64,000 nucleotides of DNA from Ophelia neglecta (taxonomy: Eukaryota): the NCBI GenBank assembly GCA_965285935.1, contig OZ260661.1:125550001-125614000 (forward strand), read 5' to 3'. The translations under genes and the position numbers were made by a program. The first letter of the stretch is position 1. Each line of letters begins with the position of its first letter. Under the pieces are notes generated by a model. That model was not told the DNA's origin. It did not search any database and saw only the letters and a list, made by a program, of their open reading frames with translations. Below, piece after piece: positions 58,901 through 64,000 of the stretch.

Positions 58901-59626
58901 GCCAGGAACGACGTTAATATAAGGCGGTATCAAATAAAGATAGGTGTCCATAGACATCAAAACAGCCTCGAGCACACACGGCAAATGCAAATTTATCTAC
59001 TACCCCATGAATAATGTATTAACATGCTATGGTAAGCGCGGCCTCTATATGTTGATAAATGAAGTTAAATATGGTAACAGATTCACAAGAAAGCTGACAT
59101 GTAAATGTATTGCCACCTAGAAGATGTATGTTCGCCATAACCATTGCTGACATGGGCAGTGGTAGCTCTGTTGCCACCTGATGATTTATGGGATGTTCCT
59201 ATTGTAATGACAATGAGCGATAGCTTAGAGAGTATAAAAGTACAATAGAACGCATAGAGTGTATAAATATACAATAGGTCTTCGCTGCTTATTTATTTAA
59301 CCATATCCACCTTGGGGGTTTCTTTGGTGAAAAATAAAGTTCTTACTATATATTTATCATAGTGGTCTAGATAAGGGTCTGTTGTGTTCGCCACAGCTGA
59401 TTAATGATCTGTCCATGATAGCCGTATTCATTAAGGAAGTGACGTTCGAGCACCTAACAAAATGCAGCTGCCTCCACTGCCTTCTGGCCCTTTTTATGAA
59501 GGCAATATTTGAACGTTTGGAAATTCATACATAGACGGAATTGGTTGCTATCCGACGGTGGAAACCTGTTGTATCAATTGATATAGCACAAATTCTCTGC
59601 GAATCTCAAACAAGCATAGGATACTA

Positions 59627-59804
59627 CAGTGAAACCTGTGTTTGTGGTCACCTGTGTAATAAGGCCACCTGCCCACTAAGGTCACTTATTGATGACCCAA
59701 TCCCCATTATGCCTGTGTTAACTGACCTGTCTATTAAGGTCAACTACATAATGTGGTCAGTTTCCCCTAGTCCCTTGCATGACCTGAATAGACAGGTTTC
59801 ACTG
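59627..59804. mobile_element. MITE, Tc1/mariner-pogo-like
   Basis: Perfect 13-bp TIR CAGTGAAACCTGT / ACAGGTTTCACTG, TA target-site duplication on both sides, internal repeated TAAGG(C/T)CAC motifs. Confidence 0.85.
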
Positions 59805-60276
59805 TATATCCATAAAACATTTCCAAGTTAAAAACCACGCAATCACGGGGCAGGCATGTTTCACGTGCCCTACTTAAAATGTCGGTGGCTAAATGTATGT
59901 TGCTATTTCTATAAAATGGGGGCAAGGTAGACATCATTAAAATGGAATCTAGGACAGTTTGAAATGTTCTGCCTGAGAAAATAGCCTGATCTTATATGTG
60001 TTATTGATATGCCAGATTAATAATTTGCAGCAACACATAATGGTATTGTACGATCAACTGCAGGCTGCTACTATATACACATTCAAAAGAGATAACACGT
60101 CAATCACTACATAGCCCTCGCATAGCAATTAATAATCACAAATATACTATATATTTTTTCTTTGAGACTCGTATCAGGCATTTGGTTAATCCGATTACCT
60201 TTGATTAGAAACGGCGGTTGTCACCATAGTTTCATCCGCTTTTCATCTGCCTAATACAAATCACAATGGAAAACCT

Positions 60277-60846
60277 TTAAATGCCAAACAAAAACGCCCG
60301 AGAAACCAGCATGTTAGATAGGCAAGAAGGCTGCAGTAACAAGGTCAACGTTCGGAAATAGAATTGACAAATGGGTACGGTTTTTTATTAAATGAAGATA
60401 AAAACTATGATATTAGGGTGAAAACAAATAACAAAATATTCTCGGGGAAACGAAATTAAATAACAAAATAATGTCGGGAAAAAAGAATTAAACAGTTTCA
60501 CGGGCAGCCAAACTAAAAACAGAATTACCCTTACACATTGCATGTCACTTTGCAGCGTCTTATTGTGGGTACACCGGTATAGTGTTTAAATGCAAAATAA
60601 CGCGCCAGAAATCAGCATGTATTGTAGTACAGAATTTAGCAGTAACAAGGGTTAACGGTTCTAAAAGAAATGGCTAGGTAGTTATATTTTTTCTGTAAGG
60701 CAAGGGAAAAACTGTATGTTTGGTTGAAAACAATTGGCAAAGTTTTCTTGGGGAAAAACGCATTTTACAAATCCTCGGCTGCCAATATGAAAAAAAAAAT
60801 TGTCATATATATAACATGTCACCTGCAGCGTCCAAATGAGGGTACA
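60277..60846 (+). repeat. Diverged ~300-bp tandem duplication
   Basis: AGAAA(C/T)CAGCATGT, GCAGTAACAAGG, TGAAAACAA, GGGGAAA and CATGTCAC..TGCAGCGTC..GGGTACA each occur twice in the same order (about 60277-60575 and 60586-60846). Confidence 0.75.
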
Positions 60847-61794
60847 TTAACAGAACAATTAATTAGTTTTGAGTTCCAAACAAAGTACAGAAACTCATTC
60901 TCAGCATTAGTCAATGGCAATTCAAGCAGACTAATATTGGATATGAACATTCAACGACCATTATGTACAGACCCTGGCCAGAAAAATAGAGAATTCAATA
61001 GGCTAGGCGGACTGTATTGCTATTAAAGGGAAAAGGGAAATTCATACTACCCTGGTAATCCGGATATATTTATTATTAGGAAATCTAGGTGTATTTCTAG
61101 ATTGCATGTTGTTTCATTACAACTTTAAAGTAGCAAATTATCGTGAATCTGTGCGATACGGCGTGTACTTGTACTGGTAGGGGCAAGGAAGTACCATACG
61201 CGTGAACGTCACGACTTGGTGCACTTATATATTCGTACCCGTGAATATATTCTTGCCGTGGAATCGACAATTGTTTCACTGATAAAAAGATCTTCTTCAA
61301 TTGTAGTATGCGGCCATTTTAGCTTTCCTTCTGTTAGCGTGCCCCAGTATCTCGAATCAACTTCAAAGCCTGGATGACTGATAAGTTCGTGACAAGCATA
61401 ATTTTCCGGAAAAGATTCAATACATAACTTAGTGTGCCTAATTAGATTCATTTCTTTATATACACGACATACATTCATGTTTGCGGTCAAATAACATTTC
61501 TCATCACTGTAGCTACACAGCCTCGTACGTCTATGTGAAACTATGGGTGAAGGTACGAGTAAAAGTAAAGGTTGCTCCCCACAAGCTCTCTTATCATTTG
61601 AATGTTTGGTGTTATCCACGTGGAAACATCTTTACAATATTGTTCGGGGAAGGGAATTATCGACAATGGACACAGTATTGAGGAAACACATTCCAAGAAA
61701 ATAATACGGAATAGCCAAACATAGGCTTTTGCATATAAGACTACAGACATTACCATTTAAAGTAGTTCCCTATATTCGTACAAAAGTACCTTAC

Positions 61795-62542
61795 CTGGAG
61801 CGTCGTAGTCATCGACCCTATGGTAGTGTATGGAGCGCACTGGATTATTCATTGACCTCACCAAATCCTGTATGAGTGAATAGGTGAATACTGCAGCAAA
61901 TAGTGCAAGCAGGATGTAGACAATGTTAAGACATGCGCGCGTGCAACGCTTCCGGAAGGGATCCTCCTGCATGTATATATCATCCGGGTCCTCTTCTTGG
62001 GGTTTCTTTCGGCGCCTTTTTAAACAGGGACATTCATTGCTGAATCCACCACTTTTTTTTGAAGGCTTTTCTTCAGCAACGCTTCGACGATTCAGTCTAG
62101 GCTTGATATAAAAAGTTTTGAATTTGTCTGACGTTGCAGGAATTTGACTAGTACCTTGTCCGGTATCTGTTGGAATGCCGTTTGGTGGTGTTATTGGTTC
62201 AGATATATCTTGTGGATGCTCACTGAGATTTTCTAACCCCTCTGTTCTTTCCATGCCTCCTGGTCGAGGAGCGTTAGCCGTGTCCAGGGAGTGTGTCTTG
62301 TCCATACTGGGCGTCCTTGGGCCTCTGGTCTCCGTGTCCCAATAGGGAACAGAACACTGTTTCCTCAGGGCTAACTTCCGGCGTCCTTTGAGAGTGGTAG
62401 CTAATAATGGGGGCGGCCGGGTCACTCGCAGCGGAGTACTCTCCTCGTGCGGAGTACTCTCCTCGTCCGAATCAGAAGCAGGGTCCTTGGCTAACTGGCC
62501 TGGGTCCGGACTCTCCTCACACAGCCACCGGTTCTCCGCCAT
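61795..62542 (-). CDS. PACC1: PAC/TMEM206-like channel, variable exon D (longest N-terminus, most similar to vertebrate PAC; partial CDS)
   Basis: ORF 61757..62557; first ATG at 62542 (AAAATGG context); RKRCTRACLNIVYILLALFAAVFTYSLIQDLVRSMNNPVRSIHYHRVDDYDAPG; donor CCAG|GTAAGG (GT at 61794-61793); 748 nt = phase 1. Confidence 0.88.
62431..62466. repeat. Perfect 18-bp in-frame tandem duplication inside exon D
   Basis: GCGGAGTACTCTCCTCGT x2, encoding EESTPH-EESTPL. Confidence 0.9.
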
Positions 62543-62557
62543 TTTCCTTTTAGACAC

Positions 62558-62587
62558 CTATCAGACAAATGTCAGGATGTGTTAGTA
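62558..62587 (-). other. Branch point and 3' splice acceptor in front of exon D
   Basis: Minus strand reads TACTAAC-ACATCCTGACATTTGTCTGATAG|GTG: a perfect branch consensus whose A lies 24 nt before the end of the AG (62559-62558). Confidence 0.55.
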
Positions 62588-63451
62588 AAGTCCACACCAG
62601 CTAACGTAGCCAGGCTCTATAATAATCAGAGTAGTAATGACATTAGGGTTTACCCCAGAGACAACCTACTTCGACGACAACTTGTGAATGATTGCAAATA
62701 GGTATAGATAGGACGTACGAAAATCCCTGACCGGTTATAAGTACTCATGAAGAGGGGTAAATTTATCATAAATATGCAGCAAATTACCATAGGCAACAAT
62801 GCAAATCTTGGATTCGTCCTCTGATATTTTGATATGACTATCTTTAAGTCCATAACAGCCGATAGTGGAATATATTAGCGTATTGAGAGAGGCTGAGCGA
62901 CAGGGCTGGCACATCAAATAAAACTCTGTACTCTATATTTGACATGTATCAAAACTGATATTAAGATATTTGGAAGGAAATGGTAGTTCTTTGCATATGT
63001 TCTGATATAGTACATTAAGTGTTCTACTGGTATGAACGGAAAGTGATCCAAATTCTAATTAAAACGATTAATTTTTATTTGTCAAATGTAGCATGTTTGG
63101 TTGCAAAATACAGAAGACTGAGAAAAAAATGGTGAAATGATCTCCGAAAATTAACCAGCCGTTATGTCTTATCATCATAAAAATGCTGAATATATCACCG
63201 TTTTTTGTAGACTACAGGATTTACACAATGCGGCTTACAATATTGAGCATTGTACGAAGACTCAAAGGTTCCCTGGGTTATAGCGTTTCATCGAATTACA
63301 CAAGCCTGCAAATGGTCACGACGTACTGTGAACAGATCAACAGAGAAAAAGGGTCGCACCTGAGCTGTAGATACCACTGTGATAACAAAACAGCTGCACT
63401 AAGTTGCGAAATAACCATATATTTGATACGTTGCATCAATCAATAACTTAC

Positions 63452-63511
63452 CTTTAGTTTAGCATGAGATGCAGTCGGTGACCTAGAAACGTCCCAGGTG
63501 GTTATATATAA
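63452..63511 (-). promoter_or_regulatory. Candidate TATA box + initiator + ~28-nt non-coding leader exon
   Basis: Minus strand TATATATAA at 63510-63502, TCA (A at 63479, 29-31 nt downstream), then a perfect donor AAAG|GTAAGT (GT at 63451-63450). This would give an 894-nt intron to the exon D acceptor. Confidence 0.4.
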
Positions 63512-64000
63512 CACCAGGAAGCAACCCCAGGTAGCGTCAAGGCGAACGTTCACCCTATGACCGTAGAGCAAGTTACGTCCACTGCTAGGGTGAACTGACA
63601 CGGCCTACTCGAGTATTGGTTTAAGACTACCTCGTAAGTTGTCCTCCCCAAGAAATAGTTTTCCTACAATAAATACAAGCAGGCTTCTCGTGCGTAGCTC
63701 CTCACATGTTGAGGAGTGCCCTTGGCCTAAGCTGAATTATATTGCGGGTCAGAAATAATTGCCTAGTACCTCGCGTGCACGGTATCCATGACAAGCCTGT
63801 CAAAGCTTCTGCCACATTTCAAACACTGCGCTAAGATAATCCTGCCATGTTCTCGCAGTGAGCGACATCCAATTGATAACGCATAAACGTGCGGTGGCCT
63901 GATTTGAATGTAGAACGCAGGGAACACACGTGCAGTTTGCAGGCGTGCAGCTAGCGGGATAACCGGGGAGCTAGACAAAGAAACATCAAATAGCGCGATG

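Noticed and set aside
2900-61700. Numerous 60-136 aa ORFs in the track
   Set aside because: Composition typical of random AT-rich DNA, many with non-ATG starts, and no recognisable domains or transposase/RT motifs.

Overview
AT-rich eukaryotic genomic DNA, most likely from an invertebrate animal (GT-AG splice signals, MITEs, homopolymer tracts), and almost entirely non-coding. The only convincing coding sequence is four paralogous minus-strand exons (here A 1550-2081, B 12403-12883, C 22093-22588, D 61795-62542). Each encodes a cytoplasmic N-terminus, one transmembrane helix and the start of the ectodomain of a proton-activated chloride channel (PAC/PACC1/TMEM206) homologue. All four end at the same phase-1 splice donor inside the ...Y(D/V/E)APG motif. 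I could not find the rest of the channel (ectodomain, TM2) between the copies, so the locus looks like one gene with a tandem array of interchangeable variable N-terminal/TM1 exons feeding a shared constant region left of the window, as in clustered protocadherins, UGT1A or Dscam. That absence was judged by eye and needs tBLASTn and RNA-seq confirmation. Also present: a candidate TATA/Inr leader exon and intron upstream of D, decayed remnants of the long D-type N-terminus upstream of A, B and C, an orphan copy of the upstream block at 29.9 kb, a possible decayed fifth cassette at 39.3-39.8 kb, three MITEs, local duplications and small tandem repeats.
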